Virus record (IMG/VR): IMGVR_UViG_3300032234_000156
Location: 1 to 37,154 of that record
Source: a virus
Lineage: Duplodnaviria > Caudoviricetes
Reading direction: 5' to 3' (one strand)
DNA length: 37,154 nt
Positions 25,900 through 35,658 of this stretch are shown here, in pieces. The notes under the pieces are model-generated. The model saw only the letters and a program-made list of their open reading frames with translations. It did not search any database and was not told the origin of the DNA. The position numbers and the translations under genes were made by a program. Numbering within the stretch: the first letter of the stretch is position 1; every line of letters starts with the position of its first letter.

Positions 25900-27528
25900 A
25901 TGGCAACTCCAGTTTTAAACAATGGTATATTCCTGCGTGATACTAACTACCAAGCTAGTTCTCACGTAGATTCATACCACCTTGTAAACATGCTGAAAGA
26001 TGCTGAGCCTATGGATTTAGGCCCTGTTGATATTTGGGCAATGACTCAAAAAGTTGAAATGCCTTTATATCAAATGTCATCTTTTGGCGGTAAAAACATT
26101 ATTAATGTGGACAATGTACGTGGTGAGTACAGATGGCAAACTCCTGTAGCGCAAGATCTTCCTTACATCGTTGAGGATATTGAGCCTGCAAATCTTGCTA
26201 AAGGTATTGACGGAACTACATTTAAAATCAAATTGAACAAACGTGAATTTGGACATGGTGATATCATCACTTATGACAAGTTTAACGGATGTGAACTTTA
26301 CATTGTACCTACTGAAGACATCTTACCTATTGGTGATGGATTCATCTATACAGTACAACTTGTAAACAATGACAACTACAAATTCTTGGAAAACAAGTAT
26401 TTGACTAGTGGTACTAAAGTATTCCGTAAAGGTTCTGCTAGAGGTGAGTATGGTGAAAGATTTTCTGATATCCAAACTAAGTCTGGATTCCGTGAATTTT
26501 ATAACTTCGTAGGAGGTGCTGAAGCTCACGTTCACTATTCTATCTCTTCTCGTGCAGACATGATGATTAAAGGAGGTATGAATGCAGATGGTACAGTTCC
26601 TGTAACTGAGATCTGGCGTAACTTTGACAAATCTATGGATCCATCTGTCTCTAACATTGAGGACATGGTTGCTAGAATGGGTAAAGATTATGTTAAGCGT
26701 GCAGTTGCTAATGGTGACTTATCACGTACATTCTTGACTTCTATGGAAGCAGCTCACTTGACTAAGATTGCTACTGACATTGAAACTTACTTAATGTGGG
26801 GTCATGGAGGTAGAGTACGTCAAGATGGTCCAGATGATATCAGATTATCTGTGGGTCTTTGGAAACAGTTAGACAGCTCTTTCAAAAGAGTATATAACAA
26901 ATCTAGCTTCTCTCTTGAATTATTCCGTTCTGAGCTTTATAACTTCTACGCTGGTCGTGTGGAGTTCCAAGGTCCAGATCCTAACAGACAACTTATTGTA
27001 CAAACAGGAATTGGTGGAATGAGAATGGTAAATGAGGCTATTAAGCGTGAGGCTGTTGCATCAGGTTTAGTAATCCAAGCTGCTGCTAACAACGGTATTG
27101 GAGCTATCTCTGGACAAGCAATGGACTTAAACTTTGGATTTGCATATACTTCTTACGTTATTCCATTCTTGGCTAACGTTAAGTTTGTATTGAACCCAGC
27201 GTTTGATAACATTCACACTAATGACATTGAAAACCCTATCATTGATGGTAACCCATTGTCTTCTTACTCATTCATTATCTTTGATATCACTGATAACACA
27301 AATGATAACATCTACTTGTTGAAATTACAGTGGGATAATCAATTGAAGTGGTGGTACCAAAATGGTACTATGGACTACATGGGTAGATCACAAGGATTCC
27401 AGTCTTCTGGACAGTTCAATGGTTATAGAGTTTACATGACTCAAACTATGCCTGCAATCTGGGTAAAAGACCATACTAAGGTTCTTAAGATTGTTATGAG
27501 AAACCCAATCACTGGTGGATCATTCTAA
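25900..27528 (+). CDS. major capsid protein
   Basis: 542 aa in the crAss-like position, codon choice typical of high expression (CGT, TTC, AAC), strong terminator directly after. Confidence 0.85.
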   Translation: MATPVLNNGIFLRDTNYQASSHVDSYHLVNMLKDAEPMDLGPVDIWAMTQKVEMPLYQMSSFGGKNIINVDNVRGEYRWQTPVAQDLPYIVEDIEPANLAKGIDGTTFKIKLNKREFGHGDIITYDKFNGCELYIVPTEDILPIGDGFIYTVQLVNNDNYKFLENKYLTSGTKVFRKGSARGEYGERFSDIQTKSGFREFYNFVGGAEAHVHYSISSRADMMIKGGMNADGTVPVTEIWRNFDKSMDPSVSNIEDMVARMGKDYVKRAVANGDLSRTFLTSMEAAHLTKIATDIETYLMWGHGGRVRQDGPDDIRLSVGLWKQLDSSFKRVYNKSSFSLELFRSELYNFYAGRVEFQGPDPNRQLIVQTGIGGMRMVNEAIKREAVASGLVIQAAANNGIGAISGQAMDLNFGFAYTSYVIPFLANVKFVLNPAFDNIHTNDIENPIIDGNPLSSYSFIIFDITDNTNDNIYLLKLQWDNQLKWWYQNGTMDYMGRSQGFQSSGQFNGYRVYMTQTMPAIWVKDHTKVLKIVMRNPITGGSF

Positions 27529-27539
27529 TATATCACAAC

Positions 27540-27576
27540 AGGAGAGAGGGGCACTATTGTCCTTCTCTCTTTTTTT
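27540..27576 (+). terminator. intrinsic terminator after the capsid gene
   Basis: GAGAGAGGGGCA/TGTCCTTCTCTC + T tract. Confidence 0.85.
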
Positions 27577-27596
27577 AACAATAAAACCAACAAATT

Positions 27597-28610
27597 ATGA
27601 GTTACACAATGGTATCAAATGGGCAGACAATAACTGGTCCCATTTCAATTAAGCCTATTACTAATCCTGATGTGGATAATATGGGCCTTCAAATCTATGA
27701 CTTAGCTTTATTTCCTGGAACATTTCAAGAAGAGCAATTAGCTTGTGTTGAAAGAAACGGAGTAAAGAGATATGTCACAGGACTTAATGAGTTTGCACCT
27801 GAAATTAAAAACATTAAGGATCCTGAACTAAAAGCTGCAGTAATTAAAGATATTAGAGAAACTGTAGCTCAATTAGAAAAAGAATTAGCTTCTAACTTTC
27901 TTGAACCAGATGATGCAGATTTCTGGACTAAAGTAAAATTACTTAAACCAGACAATGATGAGTTTTGGGAAAAGATTACTGTAAGATGTGGTAATGATCC
28001 AGTGTATCTTAATCCTGCAGGTGATCCTTTTGACTTAATTAAACTTAAAGCAATTGAAGCAGGAGCATTTTCTATTGTAGCAAAGAGCTGGGAAGATGCA
28101 CAGAATATGGCAAGACCTCCTAAGTTCTACTTAGATAAAACAATTGATTCTGTTGCTACAAGAACTCAAACTAAGAAATTACGTAACAAAGCACTTAGTG
28201 AACTTGATAAGTTATATACTAAAAACATTACTAAACTTATGTATGTATGTAAAGTTGTTGATGTTCATAGTGCACAATATAAGAAATCTACACCTATTGA
28301 TATCATGTATGAAAACATGGACGTATATATCAATGGTGAGGGTATTGAAAGAAATGAGCTAAGAGCTGCTGAATCATTCTTGAAAGCTGCTGAATTAGAC
28401 ATGGAAACATTAAAACTAAAATCATTAGTAAAAGATGCAAGCTTCTTTAAGATGTTGGCACCAAGAGCTGATGGTATGATATATCACATTCCTTCTTCTA
28501 CTATGCTTGGACGTAACCCATCTGAGGTAGTTGAATACTTAAGAAATCCTCTCAATGAAAATATTTTAATTGACTTGATGAATAGTATAGAGGATTATTG
28601 GAATGACTAA
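27597..28610 (+). CDS. conserved head-module protein following the capsid gene
   Basis: 337 aa; position as in the crAss-like capsid gene block. Confidence 0.7.
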   Translation: MSYTMVSNGQTITGPISIKPITNPDVDNMGLQIYDLALFPGTFQEEQLACVERNGVKRYVTGLNEFAPEIKNIKDPELKAAVIKDIRETVAQLEKELASNFLEPDDADFWTKVKLLKPDNDEFWEKITVRCGNDPVYLNPAGDPFDLIKLKAIEAGAFSIVAKSWEDAQNMARPPKFYLDKTIDSVATRTQTKKLRNKALSELDKLYTKNITKLMYVCKVVDVHSAQYKKSTPIDIMYENMDVYINGEGIERNELRAAESFLKAAELDMETLKLKSLVKDASFFKMLAPRADGMIYHIPSSTMLGRNPSEVVEYLRNPLNENILIDLMNSIEDYWND

Positions 28611-28648
28611 AATTTTTTTGTATATTATTATATAGTAAAAACAATTAT

Positions 28649-28810
28649 ATGGCAGCTAATAAGAATAAACCTGTATTTGCTTCTAAGAAGGCTACAGGAA
28701 GAGTAGGAGGAACAAATGCACCAGTATTTGCAACTAAAAACCCTACAGGCAATAAGAAAATCTCTCAAGGTAGTAACATACCTAAGAGAGCTATGGGAAG
28801 AAAATCTTAA
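28649..28810 (+). CDS. small basic protein (53 aa) with an internal PVFA repeat
   Basis: MAANKNKPVFASKKATG...NAPVFATKNPTG; follows GTATATTA at 28620. Confidence 0.7.
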   Translation: MAANKNKPVFASKKATGRVGGTNAPVFATKNPTGNKKISQGSNIPKRAMGRKS

Positions 28811-28814
28811 TGTT

Positions 28815-29051
28815 ATGAAATGCATGTCTTGTGGTGGTACTACTGCTCTTAAAGTAGGACCAGTAAGAAAAAAAGCAGGAGGTATGACTACCATGAAAAA
28901 AGGTGGTTCTACTAAAGATAAAAATTGGATACAGGGTGCAGTTAATCCTAAACATAAAGGATACTGCACTCCTATGTCTAAGCCTACCTGTACACCAAGG
29001 CGTAAAGCATTAGCAAAGAGATTTAAAGCAATGGCAAAAGCTAGAAAGTAA
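28815..29051 (+). CDS. small basic protein
   Basis: Start corrected to MKCMSCGG (28815); contains KKAGG and MKKGG. Confidence 0.75.
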   Translation: MKCMSCGGTTALKVGPVRKKAGGMTTMKKGGSTKDKNWIQGAVNPKHKGYCTPMSKPTCTPRRKALAKRFKAMAKARK

Positions 29052-29052
29052 C

Positions 29053-29166
29053 ATGGCTAAAGTTAAAAAAAATAAACCCGCTAAGTCCTTTCCAAGGTCA
29101 GCTCCACTTTCTGCATCTAAGAAAGTTGCTGTCATATTAAAAGGAGGAAGTACAAAAGGAAAGTAA
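29053..29166 (+). CDS. small basic protein (37 aa)
   Basis: MAKVKKNKPAK...ILKGGSTKGK; TAATG coupling to the next gene. Confidence 0.7.
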   Translation: MAKVKKNKPAKSFPRSAPLSASKKVAVILKGGSTKGK

Positions 29167-29504
29167 TGCCAAAAGACGCATGTTATCATAGTGTAAAAGC
29201 ACGTTACGATGTGTTTCCTTCAGCTAGGGCTTCTCAAGCTATTGCTAAATGTAGAAAGAAAACTGGCAATGTAAAGAAGACTAAGAAGGGAACAGAGCTT
29301 AAAAGATGGCAAGCAGAGAAATGGCAAGATACTAAGACAGGGAAACCCTGTGGGGCTGGCGGAAAGAATGAATACTGCCGCCCCACTAAGAGGGTGTCAA
29401 AGGACACTCCTAAAACTAAAAGTGAATTAACTCCTTCTAAACTAAAAGCTAAGAAGGCTGAGAAGTCTAGAGTAGGTATGGGAAGGAGAGTAAAAAATGT
29501 ATAG
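29166..29504 (+). CDS. basic phage protein (DACY...PSA.AS...KCRK; LKRW..EKW; YCRP family)
   Basis: Motifs recur in aquatic phage proteins; function unknown. Confidence 0.85.
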   Translation: MPKDACYHSVKARYDVFPSARASQAIAKCRKKTGNVKKTKKGTELKRWQAEKWQDTKTGKPCGAGGKNEYCRPTKRVSKDTPKTKSELTPSKLKAKKAEKSRVGMGRRVKNV

Positions 29505-29506
29505 TT

Positions 29507-29749
29507 ATGGCAATTAAGAAAACAACAACTACAAAGAAAACACCTGCTAAGAAATCATCTTCAGCTAGTATATCTATAGGCTTAGGTAATAAAGCTGAGA
29601 TGAGAAAGTGGGAAATTGAATCTGCTATGAGTACTTTGAAGAGAGCAGCAGAAATTCAGAAAGATGCTAAGATGATGGCTGATGTAAAAAAAATGGCAAT
29701 GGAGCAAGCAAAGATGTTTACTAACCTTGCCAATGGTAAAATGAAATAA
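29507..29749 (+). CDS. basic hypothetical protein
   Basis: 80 aa, Lys/Met-rich. Confidence 0.8.
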   Translation: MAIKKTTTTKKTPAKKSSSASISIGLGNKAEMRKWEIESAMSTLKRAAEIQKDAKMMADVKKMAMEQAKMFTNLANGKMK

Positions 29750-29750
29750 A

Positions 29751-30332
29751 ATGAAAAAACAACTTCAAAAAGCTCGATTAGGAAAAATAATTAAAAGAGA
29801 TAAAGAAGTTATAAAAACTCCTGCAGGAAAGAATATATATAGAAGTAAGTATAATAAACTAACTGGTAGGACAAAAGAGGTAGAGAAAGATGTAGAGTAT
29901 AAAGATAAAGATCTATCAACACCAAAAATAGTTTACAAAAATATAACTATTGTAAAAAGAGATAAAGACAAGAATTGGAAGTCAGAGAAAAATACAATGA
30001 GTTTAAAAAAAGATGGTAAGCTTACTAAGAAAAATATTGAATATAAAACCTATAAGCCAGGAGGAACAACTAAAAAAGTAAAAGTTACTGCTGGCGGTGA
30101 AAAACATGTAGTCTATAAAAAGACTACTAAAAAAGGTGAAGGAAAGGTTGGTCATATCATGGTCAACCATCCTACCAAAGATAAAGGTCAGTGGGATACA
30201 ATAGATCTTACTGCTAAAGGAAGAGCTAAAACAGTTAAGGAAGGTGTAGCAGCCACTAAGAAATGGCATAAAGACAATCCTGACTATAAGTATAAAGGTA
30301 AAAAGAAAACTAAGAAAAATGGCAAAAAGTAA
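29751..30332 (+). CDS. Lys-rich hypothetical protein
   Basis: 193 aa; YKPGG separates two halves. Confidence 0.8.
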   Translation: MKKQLQKARLGKIIKRDKEVIKTPAGKNIYRSKYNKLTGRTKEVEKDVEYKDKDLSTPKIVYKNITIVKRDKDKNWKSEKNTMSLKKDGKLTKKNIEYKTYKPGGTTKKVKVTAGGEKHVVYKKTTKKGEGKVGHIMVNHPTKDKGQWDTIDLTAKGRAKTVKEGVAATKKWHKDNPDYKYKGKKKTKKNGKK

Positions 30333-30513
30333 AGCACAACAAGCAGCAATAGCTGTAGCTATGAAGAAAGCTGGTAAGAAGCCAAAGATGGCAGCTGGAG
30401 GTACTTTAAAACCTGTTAACTCTTCTAAGAATCCAGGTCTTTCTAAACTTCCTACAGAAGTAAGAAATAAAATGGGATTCCAAAAGAAAGGTGGTAAAAC
30501 TAAAAATAAATAA
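30319..30513 (+). CDS. small basic protein
   Basis: MAAGG and KKGG motifs flank NPGLSKLPTEVRNKMG. Confidence 0.8.
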   Translation: MAKSKAQQAAIAVAMKKAGKKPKMAAGGTLKPVNSSKNPGLSKLPTEVRNKMGFQKKGGKTKNK

Positions 30514-30515
30514 TA

Positions 30516-30797
30516 ATGGCAAAGACAGCAGCTTGGACTAGAAAAGAAGGGAAAGATCCTAAAGGTGGTCTTAATGCTAAAGGTGTTGCTTCCTACAGGA
30601 GAGAAAATCCAGGGAGTAAGCTTAAAACTGCTGTTACTAAAAAACCTTCTAAGCTCAAGGCAGGAAGTAAAGATGCTAAGAGAAGAAAATCATTCTGTAG
30701 TAGAATGAAAGGTATGAAAAAGAAACTAACAAGCTCTAAGACAGCTAATGATCCTAACTCAAGGATTAATAAGTCTCTGAGAAAATGGAATTGTTAA
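30516..30797 (+). CDS. basic phage protein (DUF6321-like)
   Basis: AW.RKEGK.PKGGLNAKG...RRKSFC.RM...SLRKW.C; family name recalled, not searched. Confidence 0.75.
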   Translation: MAKTAAWTRKEGKDPKGGLNAKGVASYRRENPGSKLKTAVTKKPSKLKAGSKDAKRRKSFCSRMKGMKKKLTSSKTANDPNSRINKSLRKWNC

Positions 30798-30807
30798 TTT
30801 ATAGATA

Positions 30808-30921
30808 ATGAGAAAAGAAACTAAAAAACCTATTGTACAAGCTCTTCTTATGAAGAAAGGAGGTACTACGTCTGTTAAAAAAACAGCTGTAAAAAAACCA
30901 AAAACTAAAAAGACTAAGTAA
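30808..30921 (+). CDS. small basic protein (37 aa)
   Basis: MRKETKKPIVQALLMKKGGTTSVKKTAVKKPKTKKTK. Confidence 0.65.
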   Translation: MRKETKKPIVQALLMKKGGTTSVKKTAVKKPKTKKTK

Positions 30922-30946
30922 TAATAACTATATATTTTTTTGTAAA

Positions 30947-31741
30947 ATGAAAACAATGATAAAAAAGAAAATGCAAGATGGCGGCAATACCAGAAAAAAA
31001 GCCAGATTGGAAAAAAGATCAGCTAGAGTAATGACTAAAGCTAAAAAGACTTATAAAGAAGCTGAAGGTGCAAAACAAGATGCTATGAAGTCAGGAATGG
31101 CTTCAGATGTACAAGGTGCAAATCAACTTTTTTCTAGAGCAGAAAGACAAGGCAATAGAGCTAAAAAAATAAGAGCTAAAGCTGCTACGTTAAAAAGTGG
31201 TGGTTCTACATCTATGAAAAAATATGCTGCTGGAGGAATGACAACTAAGAAAAAAATGAAAGCTGGCAGTACTACAAGAACATGTCCTAGCGGATTTACT
31301 TTAGTAGATGGTAAGTGTGTTGATATGTCTGGAAAAGAAGCATCATACCCATACATAGCTCCTTCTGGTGCAATGTATACTAACAGAGCAAACATGGTTG
31401 CAGGAAAACCAACAAATCCTCTTAGTACAGAGGGTAGAAAAGCTATGGAAGGTGTAGATAGAAAAACTTTAACAAGAGATCAAATGAAAGCATTAGGTAT
31501 TCGTAAAGCTGGAGGTAGTACTCCAATGGCTAAGAAAAAATTAGGCGGGGTAACTGCTAAAAAGAAAATGCAAGCTGGAGGTGCATCTAAAATGTCTACA
31601 GGTACTAAGCAATGTGGACCTGGTGATGGAAGTTGTAAAGAAGTTAGATCTGGTAATATCTTTCAAAGATTGGGAGATAAAATGAGAAGAAAAAAATCAA
31701 GCAATTTTAGCAAACCAAAACTAAGAAGAACTAAAGTATAA
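30947..31741 (+). CDS. Lys-rich segmented protein with repeated xxxGG motifs
   Basis: MQDGG, LKSGG, YAAGG, MKAGS, RKAGG, KKLGG, MQAGG. Confidence 0.85.
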   Translation: MKTMIKKKMQDGGNTRKKARLEKRSARVMTKAKKTYKEAEGAKQDAMKSGMASDVQGANQLFSRAERQGNRAKKIRAKAATLKSGGSTSMKKYAAGGMTTKKKMKAGSTTRTCPSGFTLVDGKCVDMSGKEASYPYIAPSGAMYTNRANMVAGKPTNPLSTEGRKAMEGVDRKTLTRDQMKALGIRKAGGSTPMAKKKLGGVTAKKKMQAGGASKMSTGTKQCGPGDGSCKEVRSGNIFQRLGDKMRRKKSSNFSKPKLRRTKV

Positions 31742-31905
31742 TGCCTAAAGCAAAACTAGGATCTGGTGCTAGATTTAAAGCACTGTCCAAGAAGATACAA
31801 AAAGCAGGTAAGTCTAAAGATGCAGCAGACGCAATTGCTGCATCTATTGGACGTAAAAAATATGGTAAAAAGAGGTTTCAACAACTCGCTAAGAAAGGTA
31901 AATAA
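31741..31905 (+). CDS. small basic protein (54 aa)
   Basis: MPKAKLGSGARFKAL...AIAASIGRKKYGKKRF; TAATG couplings at both ends. Confidence 0.75.
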   Translation: MPKAKLGSGARFKALSKKIQKAGKSKDAADAIAASIGRKKYGKKRFQQLAKKGK

Positions 31906-32606
31906 TGAATAACATAACCATACAGTTAAAGATTAAAGAAAGACTTAATAAGTTGGACAGCCAAGATTATGATAATTTTGAGCAGTGGCAAATTATTGAG
32001 GCTTTCAATAAAGGAATGAGTGCATGGTGTAGAAGAAACCTTGTTGGTAACAACATGTCTAAAACAGGAGATGAAGCTACTAAAAGAAGAATAGATGATT
32101 TACAAATTCTTCTTAGCGAGATACCTATTACATTACAACAGAAAGATCTATATTTTGAACTGCAGAACTTACCTGAAGATTACTTTGAGTGGAAAAGGGT
32201 AAGTGCAAAATCACAAAAAGGTTGTTGTGATAACAGACGTATGGTAATATACTTAGCAGAAGAAGCTAATGTAGACTTGTTATTAAGAGATGTATTAAAG
32301 AAACCTAGCTTTGAATGGGGAGAAACATTCTGCACATTGAGAGGAGGGAGCTTAAAGATATACACTAATAATGAGTTTAGTATACCTGAAGCTAAGTTAA
32401 CTTACTATAGACAACCAAGAAGAATCCAAATACTTGGAGTAATAGATCCTTACACTAATGTTGCTTCTACAGCAGAAGTAGAGTGTGAGTTTAAAGATGA
32501 TTTAGTAGAGTTATTTGTTGACGAGGCTGCTAAGATACTAGCAGGAGATATAGAATCAATTAATCAAATAACTATACAAGGTAATTCAGTAGAAAATAAT
32601 AACTAG
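31905..32606 (+). CDS. putative head-tail connector/ring protein
   Basis: LNKLDS...FNK...E..KRRIDDLQ.L...LP.DY...LTYYR.P...CE pattern and position as in crAss-like ring proteins. Confidence 0.65.
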   Translation: MNNITIQLKIKERLNKLDSQDYDNFEQWQIIEAFNKGMSAWCRRNLVGNNMSKTGDEATKRRIDDLQILLSEIPITLQQKDLYFELQNLPEDYFEWKRVSAKSQKGCCDNRRMVIYLAEEANVDLLLRDVLKKPSFEWGETFCTLRGGSLKIYTNNEFSIPEAKLTYYRQPRRIQILGVIDPYTNVASTAEVECEFKDDLVELFVDEAAKILAGDIESINQITIQGNSVENNN

Positions 32607-32611
32607 AAATA

Positions 32612-33070
32612 ATGCAACAACCAAGAGTATTAAAAAGAGACGCTCCTTCATCTAACACAGCTGCAAGCTATTCAGCTCCAGCTACAGGATCAGTAGATTC
32701 AATGACAGCTGCATGTGTGTCTGAATTAATGAATGCTGCTACAGCTTTTCATAAATTACATTTAAAAGTAACAGGTACAGGATCATATGCTGCACACAAA
32801 GCATTAAATGATTTATATGATGCTCTACCAGGACATGCTGATGATTTAGCAGAAGGGTTCCAAGGAGCTTCTGAAAAACTTCTTTCATACACTGAAGCAG
32901 CACCTAAGAAATTAGATTCAGTAGACGCTGCTGTAAGTTACTTAAAAGAAATGTATGACATGGTAACTGGCCTACAGGCTAAGATGCCTTACTCAGAAAT
33001 AGTAAATTCACTTGACACAGTTAAAGACACTTTAAACTCTGCTAAGTATAAATTACTTTTCTTAAAATAA
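32612..33070 (+). CDS. ferritin/Dps-like protein (DUF5856-like)
   Basis: FHKLHL...YAAHKAL.DLYD...D.LAE..QG...KYKLLFL four-helix iron-binding pattern. Confidence 0.8.
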   Translation: MQQPRVLKRDAPSSNTAASYSAPATGSVDSMTAACVSELMNAATAFHKLHLKVTGTGSYAAHKALNDLYDALPGHADDLAEGFQGASEKLLSYTEAAPKKLDSVDAAVSYLKEMYDMVTGLQAKMPYSEIVNSLDTVKDTLNSAKYKLLFLK

Positions 33071-33134
33071 TTTGGATATTAGGAATCTATTTCCTATATT
33101 ATGTATATATGTTTATTAACTAAATTAAAACACA

Positions 33135-34832
33135 ATGGCTTATTTTAATCATTCGTTCCAGAAATTCTTTCTAGGAACAGGGGTATCTCAGGCAACTTCA
33201 CCAGGAGCAGGAGAGATACCTTCAGTAATTACTGGTGTGGAGTCTGATGGTGGTTTTGTTACCACTACTGGAGTTTACACTTACCAATTAAATGAAATGT
33301 CTCAAGGTGTTGCAACTTATTTTCAAAGTTCACTACCTACAGGCTTTCCAGCAACAATAACTAATTATCAAAATGGTTATTTTGGAATTTTTGATCCTAA
33401 GACTAATAGATCAATTGCTCCTGAAAACTGTTGTAATGTTTATATTGCTGGTTCTGCAATTTATTCTAACGACAAAATTGGACCTTTCCACGGAGGTTAT
33501 CAAGAGACTAACAAGTCTAAGATGATCAACCCACGTTATGTACAAAGCTTCTACAGAGTAGATCCTTGTACTCCACAAAATGCTGTTCTTCACGTAGGTT
33601 CTACTTTCTGGACTGCAGGTGGTGGTGTAATTGATGTTGATACTTTAGTAGCTGGTACAGGATATGCTAATGGTACTTATACAGTTGAAGTAACTGGTGG
33701 TGCTGGTACAGGTGCAATTTTAGAAATTGTTGTAACAGGTAATACAGTTGATTCTGCTACTATAGTTAATCCAGGAAAAGGATATGCAGTAAATGATACA
33801 CTAACTTTAGTAGGTGGTAACAATGACGCTACAGTTGATGTTGCAGATGTTACTATTGCTAACGTAGATCCTATTACAGGATTTGGTGGTGGTTCTTGCT
33901 GCCATGAGTTCTTGTGTGGTGAGACTTACTACTTACGTTTAGATATCAAAGGTTCTCCTGCATTACGTTTCTTAAATCACAATGCATACTACAATGCTGA
34001 AGCATACACAGGATGTTGTGATCCAGCTTCTATTGCTCCTACTGCAGTTGACTCAACTGAAGTTATGATCAAGTGGGCTAATGCATTCTTAAGATACCCA
34101 TTAACTAATCCATTTATCCAAATCATCATCCAAGATGAGGCTGGTGTTCTTTGGTATGCTCCAGGAACTTCTGCTGCTGAATTAGCTGCATTAGGTGGAG
34201 ATTCTTGGGATAACTATGTATCTCCAGGACACGTAGATGGAGCATGTGCGGGATTAATTATCCAAGGTGCTTATGTAGATACTAAATTTGGTAATTGTTC
34301 ATTCCAAATTTCTGACTTCTATGAAAAAGAGCCTGTACGTCTTTATGCTTCTGAAGTAGATGTAAATGGTGATCCATGTGAGTTTACAGGATTATGTGTA
34401 GTTAATGAGTGTTTCCCACGTCAAGCAATGGGCTTTGGTGAAACAGTTTTACGTGACTTGATTCTTTCTGAACAATATCGTCAAAACTTCTTCTCTACAG
34501 ATATTCGTATCAGGGAGATTACTCAAGGTAATCAAATGTTAAATGTTATTGATCGTAATGCTTTGTATACACGTTACTACTTGTTACACAGTGTTCCAAG
34601 ATTTAACAACCCTACTGGTACATTTGATAATGACAGATATTTGTTAGAGTTTGTAACTAATGGTACTTTAACTGGATTTGAAACTACAGTTAATAACTGG
34701 TTACAAGGATGTGGTACAGAATGTGCATTTGAAGAGTTTGTATGTGAAACTGAATGTCAAGTTCCTATTACATTCCCTAAGACTCCAACTACTCCGTATC
34801 TTTTTGAAGCATACGCTGGAAGTCCTGCATAA
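33135..34832 (+). CDS. abundant virion structural protein, Cys-rich
   Basis: 565 aa, own candidate promoter and terminator, high-expression codon choice. Confidence 0.75.
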   Translation: MAYFNHSFQKFFLGTGVSQATSPGAGEIPSVITGVESDGGFVTTTGVYTYQLNEMSQGVATYFQSSLPTGFPATITNYQNGYFGIFDPKTNRSIAPENCCNVYIAGSAIYSNDKIGPFHGGYQETNKSKMINPRYVQSFYRVDPCTPQNAVLHVGSTFWTAGGGVIDVDTLVAGTGYANGTYTVEVTGGAGTGAILEIVVTGNTVDSATIVNPGKGYAVNDTLTLVGGNNDATVDVADVTIANVDPITGFGGGSCCHEFLCGETYYLRLDIKGSPALRFLNHNAYYNAEAYTGCCDPASIAPTAVDSTEVMIKWANAFLRYPLTNPFIQIIIQDEAGVLWYAPGTSAAELAALGGDSWDNYVSPGHVDGACAGLIIQGAYVDTKFGNCSFQISDFYEKEPVRLYASEVDVNGDPCEFTGLCVVNECFPRQAMGFGETVLRDLILSEQYRQNFFSTDIRIREITQGNQMLNVIDRNALYTRYYLLHSVPRFNNPTGTFDNDRYLLEFVTNGTLTGFETTVNNWLQGCGTECAFEEFVCETECQVPITFPKTPTTPYLFEAYAGSPA

Positions 34833-34848
34833 TTAATTTAACACAAAT

Positions 34849-34892
34849 AGAAAAGGGAGAGTGGGAGTTAGTCTCTCCTCTCCTTTTCTTTT
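34849..34892 (+). terminator. intrinsic terminator
   Basis: GAAAAGGGAGAG...CTCTCCTTTTC inverted repeat + T tract. Confidence 0.75.
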
Positions 34893-34904
34893 ATATTTTT
34901 CAAC

Positions 34905-35450
34905 ATGGCAAATCACGTATTAAGTTTAGAAGTTCCTGATGTAATGAATACTTGTATAATCAAATTATTTGATACAAGTGTATATGCTACTGGAATGCCT
35001 GTAATATGTCCTACATTAGCTATTACAGTTCCTGGGTTTGTATACTCATCAGAAATTTCTGTAACACAAAACTTTAATGAAACTATTACAGCGTGTGACT
35101 TAGGACTTCAGACTACTGGGTGTGATTTGTCACAATATGCAAATTTACCTGATGGTATTTATGTAATTAGATATAGCGTGTCTCCTAATGAATATGTATA
35201 CGTTGAGTATAATCATTTAAGAATTACTCAAGCTATGCTTAGATATCAAAAGATACTTTGTGATTTGGATGTAGCAGATTGCGAACCACCTGCACAAGTA
35301 CAAGAGAAACTAAGACAACTTCAAAAGATACGTAGTTATTTTAGTGCTGCTAAAGCAAAAGTAGAAGTATGTCATGAACCTAAGAAAGGTATGCGCATTT
35401 ATAACTATGCTTTGAAGCTATTAGAAAAAATGAATTGTAAAAATTGTTAA
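34905..35450 (+). CDS. putative structural protein
   Basis: LPDGIYVIRYSV beta-sandwich-like motif followed by a helical C-terminus. Confidence 0.75.
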   Translation: MANHVLSLEVPDVMNTCIIKLFDTSVYATGMPVICPTLAITVPGFVYSSEISVTQNFNETITACDLGLQTTGCDLSQYANLPDGIYVIRYSVSPNEYVYVEYNHLRITQAMLRYQKILCDLDVADCEPPAQVQEKLRQLQKIRSYFSAAKAKVEVCHEPKKGMRIYNYALKLLEKMNCKNC

Positions 35451-35469
35451 TCCATTTAAAACCAACGAA

Positions 35470-35652
35470 ATGGCAACATGTCAAAACTGTAACAAAAAAT
35501 TAAGCTGTGGGTGTCAAAAAAGAACTGCATCTGACGGCAAAAGTGTATGTAGTAATTGTATAGGTAATTATGAAATGAGTGTTAAGAAAAATATTCAAAT
35601 TAATAAACCTGCACAATTAGCAAATGTATGGAGAACAAAGCCAAATAAATAA
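35470..35652 (+). CDS. small Cys-rich protein
   Basis: CQNC...CGC...CSNC. Confidence 0.7.
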   Translation: MATCQNCNKKLSCGCQKRTASDGKSVCSNCIGNYEMSVKKNIQINKPAQLANVWRTKPNK

Positions 35653-35658
35653 CATATA

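Noticed and set aside
19495-27528. Introns or inteins in terL, portal or capsid genes
   Set aside because: Reading frames are continuous and no intein splice motifs were noticed
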